DNA from: Alphaproteobacteria bacterium bin52
Lineage (GTDB): Bacteria > Pseudomonadota > Alphaproteobacteria > Thalassobaculales > Thalassobaculaceae
Assembly (NCBI GenBank): GCA_002238645.1
Contig: MPMT01000007.1
Location: forward strand, 7,502-71,501
DNA length: 64,000 bases
Direction: 5' to 3'
Both the position numbers and the translations under genes were made by a program. The notes under the pieces are model-generated. The model did no database searches. It worked only from the letters and a program-made list of their open reading frames with translations, and was not told the DNA's origin. The first letter of the stretch is position 1; every line of letters starts with the position of its first letter. Shown one piece after another: positions 56,676 through 64,000 of the stretch.

Positions 56676-57623
56676 CTAGAGCCCCAGATGCGCCCTGACA
56701 GCGGCCTGGCCGTCACCGCCGTCCATGGTGGTGACACCGTCGAGCCAGCCGGTCAGGATCTCCGGATTGGCCTTGAGCCATGCGGTCGCTGCCTTGTCCG
56801 GCTCCTCCTTCTCATCGAGGATCGCGGTCATGATCTCGTTTTCCATCGCCAGCGTGAATTCGAGATTGGCCAGCAGCCTGCCGACATTGGGACATTCCCC
56901 GGTGTAGCCGCGCCGGACATTGGTAAACACCTCGGCACCGCCGAAATTCGGCCCGAACCAGTCATCGCCGCCATCGAGATAGGTTAGCTCGAAGTTGGAG
57001 TTCATCGGGTGCGGTTCCCAGCCCAGGAACACGATCCATTCATCCCGACGGTTTGCCCGGACGACCTGGGCCAGCATGCCCTGCTCGCTGGACTCGACCA
57101 CCTCGAAGCCCTTCAGCCCGAAGGCATCCTGGTCGATCATGCTCTGGATCAGCCGGTTGCCGTCATTTCCGGGTTCGATGCCGTAGATCTTGCCGTCCAG
57201 CTTGTCGCGGTGCCCGGCGATGTCGCCGAAGTTCGCGATACCGCCGTCCGCCGCTGCCTTGTTGACGGCAAGCGTGTACTTGGCACCGGTCAGGTTCATG
57301 CCCACGGTCTCGACCGAGCCATCCTCGCGATAGGGCGCTATATCCGCCTCCATCGTCGGCATCCAGTTGCCGAGGAACACATCGATGTCGCCGTTCTTGA
57401 GTCCCTGGTAGGTCACCGGCACCGAGAACACGTTCGCGCTCGGTTCGTAACCGAGGCCCGTCAACACCACCGAGGTGGCTGCGGTGGTGGAAGTGATGTC
57501 AGTCCATCCGACGTCCGAAAACCGGACAGACTTGCAGGAATCGGGATCGGCCGCCCAGCTGGTGGATGAGACCGTCAGGGCCGAAACGATACCGATCGCC
57601 GCCACTCGCATGTGCCATGTCAT
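56676..57623 (-). CDS. Glycine betaine/quaternary-amine ABC transporter substrate-binding protein (ProX/OpuAC/TmoX-like)
   Basis: Shows a signal peptide (MRVAAIGIVSALTVSSTSWA) and OpuAC-type patterns (VRFSDVGWTDITSTTA, GDIDVFLGNWMP, YGIEPGNDGN). Confidence 0.85.
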   Translation of the reverse strand: MTWHMRVAAIGIVSALTVSSTSWAADPDSCKSVRFSDVGWTDITSTTAATSVVLTGLGYEPSANVFSVPVTYQGLKNGDIDVFLGNWMPTMEADIAPYREDGSVETVGMNLTGAKYTLAVNKAAADGGIANFGDIAGHRDKLDGKIYGIEPGNDGNRLIQSMIDQDAFGLKGFEVVESSEQGMLAQVVRANRRDEWIVFLGWEPHPMNSNFELTYLDGGDDWFGPNFGGAEVFTNVRRGYTGECPNVGRLLANLEFTLAMENEIMTAILDEKEEPDKAATAWLKANPEILTGWLDGVTTMDGGDGQAAVRAHLGL

Positions 57624-58255
57624 CGTCCTGCCCTCCCGATTTACGGTTTCGCCCTCGTTGCGCTGTGCGCACGCAAAATCATGGTAGCGCTACACTGTCC
57701 GCGAAGTCCATTGCGGCGTTTGCGGGCTCCGGACGTCTTCGTCCATGCGGAACGCAGGCAACCGGGCACTGAACGCTGCGTTGCGCACGGGCACCTGCCG
57801 CCGCAGGGGGGGGCAGAAAGGTGAGCGATGCGGCCGGGCACCCCCGACTTGCAGGAATGCTCTGGTTCCGCGACGCCTGATGGCCTGCATGACCGGCCGG
57901 AGAGCCCGAACGGCACGCGAGGCAGACCGGCACCGCGGCAGTGGCGGAAGCCCGGAGTCGGAGACCCTCGGATGGCCCGGTTTGCGAGGTTTCCCACCTG
58001 GAGGATCGCCCTGCACGGGCGCGGCGGACCGGTCTCCGGGCCCGCGCGAGACCGGCCGGCCGGGTTGCGGACGAGAGCGCCGAGGCCACGTGCCTCATGA
58101 TCTTCGGGTTGGCTGGCGGTCGAAACAGGCGTCAGGCCGCGTCGTGGCATCGATTGCCGAGACCTCGCGTCGCACCGTTTTTCCGTCCTGACGCGGACGG
58201 GGCGCGCACTCTGGCCGCGACAGTCGTTGAGGTCGCCAAAATCGGCTGGGCTCCG

Positions 58256-58990
58256 CTACAAAAAATCCCGTTCGTGAACAATTGTCGTGAGATAGCCTGC
58301 GGACAAGAGCCGGCGGGTGTCGGTCATTTCCACGGGCTGTTCCTGGCGCCAGATGTCGAGCACGTCGCGCGCGCGATTCCCGGCAGCGGCCTGGATCCTG
58401 GCGTCGTACAGGGCCATCCGGGCATCGTCCCCGGCGGCATCGGCCCGGCCAGACAGCACCCGCGCGATTTCAATGACTTCCGTGTTGTTCGGCCCGAACG
58501 CCTGCTCCCGTTCGGCGAGCGCGGCCGTGAGCAGGACATCGGCATTTTCGTCGTCGTCCAGGAAAAGCCGGGAAATCGCGAGGTTGAAGCGGGTCAGCGC
58601 CGCCGCACCGCTCAGGAATTCGCGGTGCCTTGCACGCCGGACATCGCCATAGGCCGCGACATGGCGCTGTTCCATACGCTGGTGAAAAAGCGAACTGCGG
58701 GGCATGGCGCTGACCGCCATGCTTTGCGTCCACCTCAGCGCGGCCTCCCACGAGGCAAGCGCGGACGTCAGGGCGGGGACCGCGGCGTCGTGATCCTGAT
58801 CGATCAGGAGAGCGAGCGCGCTGTTGTTCTCGCTGGCGGCCCGGCGCGGATCCCCGTGCGGAAAGCCCTGCGCCAAAGCACCCGCCCGCCACCACAGGTG
58901 AACCGCCTCCTCGCTCCGCGCCGCACGGTAAGCGCCGAGCGCCGCCATCGAGAGGGCATCCCACTCCCACTCCGTCGCCACGTCGGCCAT
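58256..58990 (-). CDS. Hypothetical helical protein (245 aa) immediately downstream of tmm
   Basis: The internal Met (MADVATEWEWDALS..) lies 20 nt after the tmm stop. The sequence is Ala/Leu/Arg-rich and helical-looking, and I recognise no family. Confidence 0.5.
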   Translation of the reverse strand: MADVATEWEWDALSMAALGAYRAARSEEAVHLWWRAGALAQGFPHGDPRRAASENNSALALLIDQDHDAAVPALTSALASWEAALRWTQSMAVSAMPRSSLFHQRMEQRHVAAYGDVRRARHREFLSGAAALTRFNLAISRLFLDDDENADVLLTAALAEREQAFGPNNTEVIEIARVLSGRADAAGDDARMALYDARIQAAAGNRARDVLDIWRQEQPVEMTDTRRLLSAGYLTTIVHERDFL

Positions 58991-59010
58991 GTTCGGACGT
59001 TCAGACAGCG

Positions 59011-60366
59011 TCAATCGTTCCGGAGATAGCTCTCCATCGAATCGTCCATGGCATCGACCCAGGCAGTATGATGGGTCGGAGCCATCGTACCGGTCATTAC
59101 CGACCTGTACGCGTTGTCCCGGAATGTCATGATGTTCTGCTTCTTGTGCTTCTTCCACTGGAAGAAGGCGTCGTTCGCGCCGTCCACATCGAAGCTCGGA
59201 TAGTCGGTCTCGGCGCTCAGCTCCCTGACGTAGTCACCCTGATAGCGGATCGCGGCGTAGTCGTCTTCGAGGGCGTCTTCCCTGGACTCCCGGTCCGCGA
59301 CGTCGGCAGCCCGGTCGTCCCGGACCGGCACCTCGATCCGCCCCATGATGATGTCCCGCACATACCAGGCCTGAGCGTCGAACATGTTGAAGGTGTACCA
59401 CTGGTCCTGCATGCCGAGATAGAACAGCTTCGGATTGTCCACCCACACGACGCCCTTGTAGAGGTCGGCCACCGCAAGCCGGTTGGCGGACTGAAGGCGG
59501 AGTTCCGGTGCCATGAACGGGAAGTGGTGCAGATAGCCCGTGCACAGGATGATGGCATCGACATCGGCCGTTGAGCCGTCCTTGAAGGTGCAGGTGTTGC
59601 CCTCGACCTTCTGCAAGAGCGGCACCTCTCTCCAGTTGTCCGGCCAGTCATAGCCCATGGCCGCAGTGCGGTGGCTGACCGTGACGGACCTGCAGCCATA
59701 CTTCCAGCACTGGGAGCCGATGTCCTCGGCCGAATAGCTGGTGCCGATGATCAGGATGTCCCTGTCCTTGAACTCAACGGCGTCTCGGAAATCGTGGGCG
59801 TGCAGCACGCGGCCGTTGAACCGGTCCAGGCCGTCGAAATGCGGCACGTTCGGGGTCGAGAAATGACCAGTCGCGACGACGACATGGTCGAAGCTCTCGA
59901 TGGTCTCTTCGTCGGTCACGAGATTGTGAGCAGCGACGGTGAACAGGCCCGTTGCGTCGTCATAGTCGACCCGCCGGACAATCGTCCGGAAGCGGATCGC
60001 ATCGCGCACGTCCGCCCTTTTAACCCGGCCCTCGATGTAATCGAACAGCACTTCGCGCGGCGGATAGGAGGCGATCTGCTTCCCGAAATGTTCCTCGAAG
60101 GTGTAGTCCGCGAACTCCAGCCCTTCCTTGGGGCCATTCGACCACAAATACCGGTACATCGAGCAATGGACCGGTTCGCCGTATTCATCCAGCCCGGTGC
60201 GCCACGTGTAGTTCCACAAACCACCCCAGTCCGCCTGTTTCTCGTAGCAGACAATTTCCGGAACGTCCGCGCCGCCGGCCTTCGCCGACTGGAACGCCCT
60301 CAACTGGGCGAGACCGGACGGCCCCGCACCGATCACACCAACCCGTTTGCCCATGACTTTACTCAC
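59011..60366 (-). CDS. tmm: Flavin-containing monooxygenase (bacterial trimethylamine monooxygenase Tmm-like)
   Basis: Carries the FAD motif GAGPSGL, the FMO motif [11 protein letters not shown] (FxGxxxHxxxF/Y) and the NADPH motif [10 protein letters not shown]. The ~450-aa length fits, and the sequence closely resembles Tmm as I recall it (..[31 protein letters not shown]..). Confidence 0.85.
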   Translation of the reverse strand: MSKVMGKRVGVIGAGPSGLAQLRAFQSAKAGGADVPEIVCYEKQADWGGLWNYTWRTGLDEYGEPVHCSMYRYLWSNGPKEGLEFADYTFEEHFGKQIASYPPREVLFDYIEGRVKRADVRDAIRFRTIVRRVDYDDATGLFTVAAHNLVTDEETIESFDHVVVATGHFSTPNVPHFDGLDRFNGRVLHAHDFRDAVEFKDRDILIIGTSYSAEDIGSQCWKYGCRSVTVSHRTAAMGYDWPDNWREVPLLQKVEGNTCTFKDGSTADVDAIILCTGYLHHFPFMAPELRLQSANRLAVADLYKGVVWVDNPKLFYLGMQDQWYTFNMFDAQAWYVRDIIMGRIEVPVRDDRAADVADRESREDALEDDYAAIRYQGDYVRELSAETDYPSFDVDGANDAFFQWKKHKKQNIMTFRDNAYRSVMTGTMAPTHHTAWVDAMDDSMESYLRND

Positions 60367-60795
60367 TGTCCTGGCCGGCGATCCGGTCTGATCGGAATCG
60401 CCCGCGCGGTTTCAAAACTTCGCCTCGGCAGCCATAACCAATCCGTACCAATCAAAACCACTATGCGCCGCCCTATGCCCATATGGCTTCGATTCCTGGC
60501 AGTGACTCGGCTCGCCGGGATCGGGTGGCATCAAGCACAATAGCAACATTACCGCATATCCCGCTTGCATCCAGCCCCCAATTGGCCATACTGTACGGGA
60601 TTGACCGCAATCGTGCAAACTCGGTTGATCTGCCGTGCGAAATGGTCAAAATTGGTCATGGTGCCGGCGGATCGGCACCCGGTTACGGTCGATTGCGCAG
60701 ACTTGACGGCGTGTTTTCGGGTTGCCGTTCAGCCCCTTGGCGACGCCGCCGGGCAACAGGCGCAGGCGCAGGCGTATCAAATCAGGGAGGAACGC

Positions 60796-62106
60796 ATGTT
60801 GCGCAAGTCACTCGACAAGAAAATCAGCAGGCGGAAGTTTCTGGGAACCACCGCGGCGTCGGGGACGGCGCTGGCGGCGATGGGCGGCGGCCTGTCGCGT
60901 GTTGCCTTCGCCGACAGCGACACCATCAAGATCGGATTCCTGGCCCCGCTCACGGGCCCGGTGTCGGCCTGGGGCAAGCCCGGTCTGGACGGCTGCCTGA
61001 TCTGGGCGGATTGGGTCAACGCCAAGGGCGGCGTCAATGTCGGCGGAAAGTCGTACAACATCGAATTCGTCGGCTACGACAACGAGTACGACGCCGCCAA
61101 GGCAAAAGCCGGCGCCACCAAGCTCATCAAGGAGGACGGCGTCAAGTTCATCATGATGCTGGGCGGCGACACCTGGCCCGGTGTGGAGAAAATCGCCGAA
61201 CGCGAGGGTATGCTGTTCTCGACGCTGCTGCCGAGCGACCTGTCGCCTGACAGTACCACCCTTGTGGCGCCTTGCGAGGTGCATCCCATCTACAACGTGA
61301 CCGGCGTCGAGTGGCTGGCGGAGAACAAACCTGACCTGAAGACCGCCGTCATGTGCGCACAGGACGACTCCCTGGGCAAGCCGTCGGTGGCGACCTACCT
61401 GGCAGCGTTCGAGGCGGCAGGGATTGAGATGATCGACGACCCCCTGTTCTTCGACCCGACGACAACCGATTTCGCGCCGGTCATGACCAAGCTGCTGGCC
61501 GGGAACCCGGACATCCTCTGTCTGGATACCTGCTACGCCGACTATGTCCACCCGTTGTGCGAACAGGCGTTCCAGCAGGGTTACAAGGGGCAGATCATTT
61601 CCTGTACCGCCGACTTCTACCAGAACATCATCGAGAAGACGTCGGCAGAGTTCATGGAGGGCTTCATCTTCCAGTTCCCGGACTTCGACGACCCGGCACT
61701 GAACAGCGAGGGAGTGAACTTCGTCAATCCGAACGAGTTCTACACCGAATACGCCAAGCGTTACGGCGCCTCGCAATGGGGCGCCGTGTCCTGGGAATAC
61801 GCCTCGATCATGGACTTGTGGGCGGACGCCGCCAGTCGGGCGGGCAGCGCCGAACCGGCGGCCGTCCTGGAGGCGATGAAGGCTGGCGGCACGGGCAAGC
61901 ATGCTTTCGGAACGGCGGACTGGTGGGGCACGGAACTGTTCGGCATCGACAACGCCCTGGTCGGCGACTGGCCGGTCGTGGTCATCGAAGGCGGCAAGGC
62001 CACGATCAAGGAGTTCAGGTCCATTCCCGCCTGGTGGGACAAGCACAAGGACCTGATGATCAAGCACATGACGGCCCTGGACCAGATGTGGAACCAACGC
62101 GGCTGA
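60796..62106 (+). CDS. ABC transporter substrate-binding protein, type I periplasmic binding fold (LivK/amide-urea-like), Tat signal
   Basis: ATG 60796 is preceded by AGGGAGGAA. The product has a twin-arginine signal (SRRKFLGTTAASGTALAAMGG) followed by DTIKIGFLAPLTGPVSAWG, typical of LivK-type receptors. Confidence 0.8.
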   Translation: MLRKSLDKKISRRKFLGTTAASGTALAAMGGGLSRVAFADSDTIKIGFLAPLTGPVSAWGKPGLDGCLIWADWVNAKGGVNVGGKSYNIEFVGYDNEYDAAKAKAGATKLIKEDGVKFIMMLGGDTWPGVEKIAEREGMLFSTLLPSDLSPDSTTLVAPCEVHPIYNVTGVEWLAENKPDLKTAVMCAQDDSLGKPSVATYLAAFEAAGIEMIDDPLFFDPTTTDFAPVMTKLLAGNPDILCLDTCYADYVHPLCEQAFQQGYKGQIISCTADFYQNIIEKTSAEFMEGFIFQFPDFDDPALNSEGVNFVNPNEFYTEYAKRYGASQWGAVSWEYASIMDLWADAASRAGSAEPAAVLEAMKAGGTGKHAFGTADWWGTELFGIDNALVGDWPVVVIEGGKATIKEFRSIPAWWDKHKDLMIKHMTALDQMWNQRG

Positions 62107-62213
62107 GGCTCCGCGTGCCGCATGGCTTGCAGTGCTACTAGAGGCTGCCGGGATCGGGCACTGCCCGGTCCCGGCAGCGTTTGTGCGCCCAGCCGTCGAG
62201 GCACGCTGATCTG

Positions 62214-63077
62214 ATGGACCTGCTGTGGCAGACCGCCGTCAACGCGACCTATGCCGCCAGTTACATGGCGCTGATCGCGGTCGGGCTGGTGATGATCTTC
62301 GGCGTCATGGGCGTCATCAACTTCGCCCACGGCGAACTGTACATGCTGGGCGCCTATTGCGTGGTATTCCTGTACGCTCAGGAGACCTTCCCGTTCCTGC
62401 TCGCGGTCGCCGCCGGCCTTGTCTTTGTTGGCTTTGTCGGCGTCATCATGGAACGAACGATGTTCCGCCCGCTGCGCGACAATCCGTTGGGAGGCCTCAT
62501 TGCCTCCATCGGGTTCCTTCTGATCCTACAAACTCTGGCTGTGTTCGGCTTCGGCCGGCGCATGGGCCATGTGCCGCCTTCGACCCAGGGCAAGATCGAG
62601 ATGTTCGGCGCCGTCCTGACATATCAGCGGCTGTTTGTGGTCGTCGCCGCCATCCTGTTGCTCGCCGCTCTTTGGGTTTTCCTCAAGCGCTCGAAATTCG
62701 GCCGGGCCTTGCGTGCCTGCGCCCAGGACGCCGAAGCTGCCTCCCTCCAAGGCATCTCGATGAACCAGACGGCACGCGTCGCCATGTTCATCGGCGCCGC
62801 GCTGGCGGGCGTAGCCGGCGCCCTGACGGCGCCTCTGGTCAGCCCGACACCCTATATCGGCCACTCGATCATCGTCACGGCATTCATCATCATCATCGTC
62901 GGCGGTGTGGGCAGTCTTGAAGGCGCGGTCATCGCGGCGGTTATCTATGCCTTCGTCCACACCTTCGTAACCACGTTCTTTGACGGGGTGATCGCCAACA
63001 TCGTCGGGCTGGCCCTCATGCTCGCCGTGCTTGTGACCCGGCCGACCGGTCTGTTCGGGGCGAGGGAACGTGCCTGA
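62214..63077 (+). CDS. Branched-chain-amino-acid-type ABC transporter permease (LivH-like)
   Basis: MDLLWQTAVNATYAASYMALIAVGLVMIFGVMGVINFAHGELYMLGAY is the LivH-family opening. The product is ~287 aa and polytopic. Confidence 0.85.
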   Translation: MDLLWQTAVNATYAASYMALIAVGLVMIFGVMGVINFAHGELYMLGAYCVVFLYAQETFPFLLAVAAGLVFVGFVGVIMERTMFRPLRDNPLGGLIASIGFLLILQTLAVFGFGRRMGHVPPSTQGKIEMFGAVLTYQRLFVVVAAILLLAALWVFLKRSKFGRALRACAQDAEAASLQGISMNQTARVAMFIGAALAGVAGALTAPLVSPTPYIGHSIIVTAFIIIIVGGVGSLEGAVIAAVIYAFVHTFVTTFFDGVIANIVGLALMLAVLVTRPTGLFGARERA

Positions 63078-63090
63078 ACCGACGAACACC

Positions 63091-64000
63091 ATGCCGACTG
63101 CGGGCCCCGCCGGTTCGATCCGGCGGGCCGTGTGGCGACTGCGGCTGGTCTTTCTGTTCGCGATACTGGCGGCCCTGCCGTACCTGCTGAGCTACTCGCA
63201 GCAGGAAATCGCGGTCCTCCTCGTCATCAACGTCCTCCTGGTTTGCAGCTACCGGCTGTTGACGCTGACCGGCGAATGGTCGCTCGGCCATGTTGTCATC
63301 ATGGGAGTCGGAGCCTATGCCAGTGCGCTGCTGGCTAAGCAGTTCGGCGTTCCGGTACCGCTCTCCATGCTCCTTGGGGGCTGCATGGCGGCGGCCATCG
63401 CGGCGCTTCTGAGCTTCCCGTTGTTCCGGATGAAGGGCTTCTATTTCCTGATCGGCTCGTTCGCAGCCGGCGAGATCATCCGGCTGATCTGGAAACGCTT
63501 CACCGATCCTTTCGGTGGTCCCAAGGGTCTGAAGCGCATCGATCCCTTTCCCAACATCGAAACCGGCTTTCTTTCGATCGATTTCTACGAGCCGGTCAAC
63601 TACTACTTCCTGTCGTTGGTGATCGTCTCGGCCTCGCTGTTTGTCCTCTACCGCGTTGAACGGTCGCGCATCGGGCTGACCTTCCACGCGATCCATTGGC
63701 AGGACCGGCTTGCCGAGTCAGTGGGCGTGGACACGTTCCGCTACCGCACCCTCGCCTTCGTCATCGCCTCCTTTTTCGCCGGGATCGCCGGCGGGCTGTA
63801 CGCTCATTATGTTGGCGCGGTGAATCCAACCCGTTTCAGCGTCGACCAGATGGTCTATGTCCTGGTCTGGGCAGTTGTCGGCGGCACCACCACCTTGCAC
63901 GGCCCGATTCTCGGCGTTGTCGTGCTCACGGTCATCAACGAGATCGTCCTGCGTGCCCTGGGCCTGGATACGGCGCGTCCCCTGATCTACGGCGCCATCC
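63091..64000 (+). CDS. Branched-chain-amino-acid-type ABC transporter permease (LivM-like), 3' end outside window
   Basis: ATG 63091 lies 13 nt after the LivH stop. The frame stays open to the window end (so it is not in the ORF track). The sequence ..LLTLTGEWSLGHVVIMGVGAYASALLA..IGLTFHAIHWQDRLAESVGVD..AFVIASFFAGIAGGLYAHY is LivM-like. Confidence 0.8.
   Translation, partial: MPTAGPAGSIRRAVWRLRLVFLFAILAALPYLLSYSQQEIAVLLVINVLLVCSYRLLTLTGEWSLGHVVIMGVGAYASALLAKQFGVPVPLSMLLGGCMAAAIAALLSFPLFRMKGFYFLIGSFAAGEIIRLIWKRFTDPFGGPKGLKRIDPFPNIETGFLSIDFYEPVNYYFLSLVIVSASLFVLYRVERSRIGLTFHAIHWQDRLAESVGVDTFRYRTLAFVIASFFAGIAGGLYAHYVGAVNPTRFSVDQMVYVLVWAVVGGTTTLHGPILGVVVLTVINEIVLRALGLDTARPLIYGAI

Noticed and set aside
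54972-56987. 671-aa plus-strand ORF
   Set aside because: It is antisense to the ABC ATPase and permease genes, which have unmistakable Walker and EAA motifs. Its own product is a His/Arg/Asp-rich shadow reading.
57624-58255. About 630-bp spacer upstream of the ABC receptor gene, examined for a riboswitch, terminator or small gene
   Set aside because: I saw only a short hairpin (CCGTCC-N6-GGACGG near 58185-58200), with its T-run on the wrong side for a terminator. There is no recognisable riboswitch core or credible ORF.
60643-60658. Direct repeat TGGTCA-AAAT-TGGTCA in the divergent tmm / ABC-receptor intergenic region
   Set aside because: It is a short hexamer repeat that could arise by chance. 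No regulator gene is adjacent, and I know of no matching binding-site consensus.

Overview
High-GC chromosomal segment, alphaproteobacterium-like by gene content (rpoH-rluD neighbourhood, Rhizobiales-type TraF remnant, tmm). Family calls come from reading the translations and from memory, not from searches.

Core and metabolic genes:
- Positions 1-20.8 kb: acyl-CoA dehydrogenase and CoA-transferase genes, a TRAP transporter operon with a tandemly duplicated large permease, a dimethylglycine-dehydrogenase-like gene next to a non-Pyl MttB-family methyltransferase, an MFS transporter, rpoH, rluD, a threonine aldolase, and a CoA-transferase/CitE-like lyase pair.
- Positions 43.8-64 kb: mlaC/mlaA, uvrD, prmA, pepP, an enoyl-CoA hydratase, a haloalkane dehalogenase, a GST, a ProVWX-type ABC transporter, tmm, and the start of a LivK/H/M-type ABC transporter.

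Accessory tract (about 20.8-43.8 kb), an immunity and mobile-DNA region wrapped around the core gene ettA:
1. An apparently intact, visibly lower-GC three-gene Shango-type cassette (TerB-domain protein, DUF2791-type ATPase, DEAD/DEAH helicase).
2. Abutting conjugative-element and IS debris: a DUF736 fragment, an N-truncated TraF peptidase, and an IS110 transposase 3' fragment with an in-frame stop.
3. A decayed Wadjet-like SMC-ATPase/JetD pair carrying a frameshift and internal stops.
4. On the far side of ettA, a tightly coupled five-gene minus-strand operon (34580-42525). It encodes a DUF559/Vsr-like nuclease protein, a membrane-anchored all-coiled-coil protein, a membrane-anchored coiled-coil McrB-like GTPase, a 1003-aa McrC-like protein with an apparent degenerate Hsp70/actin-like half, and an unknown 341-aa protein.

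This last operon is the best candidate for an uncharacterised system. It resembles the computationally defined CoCoNuT branch of McrBC, but I cannot match its architecture to a described subtype.

No rRNA, tRNA or CRISPR array was recognised.
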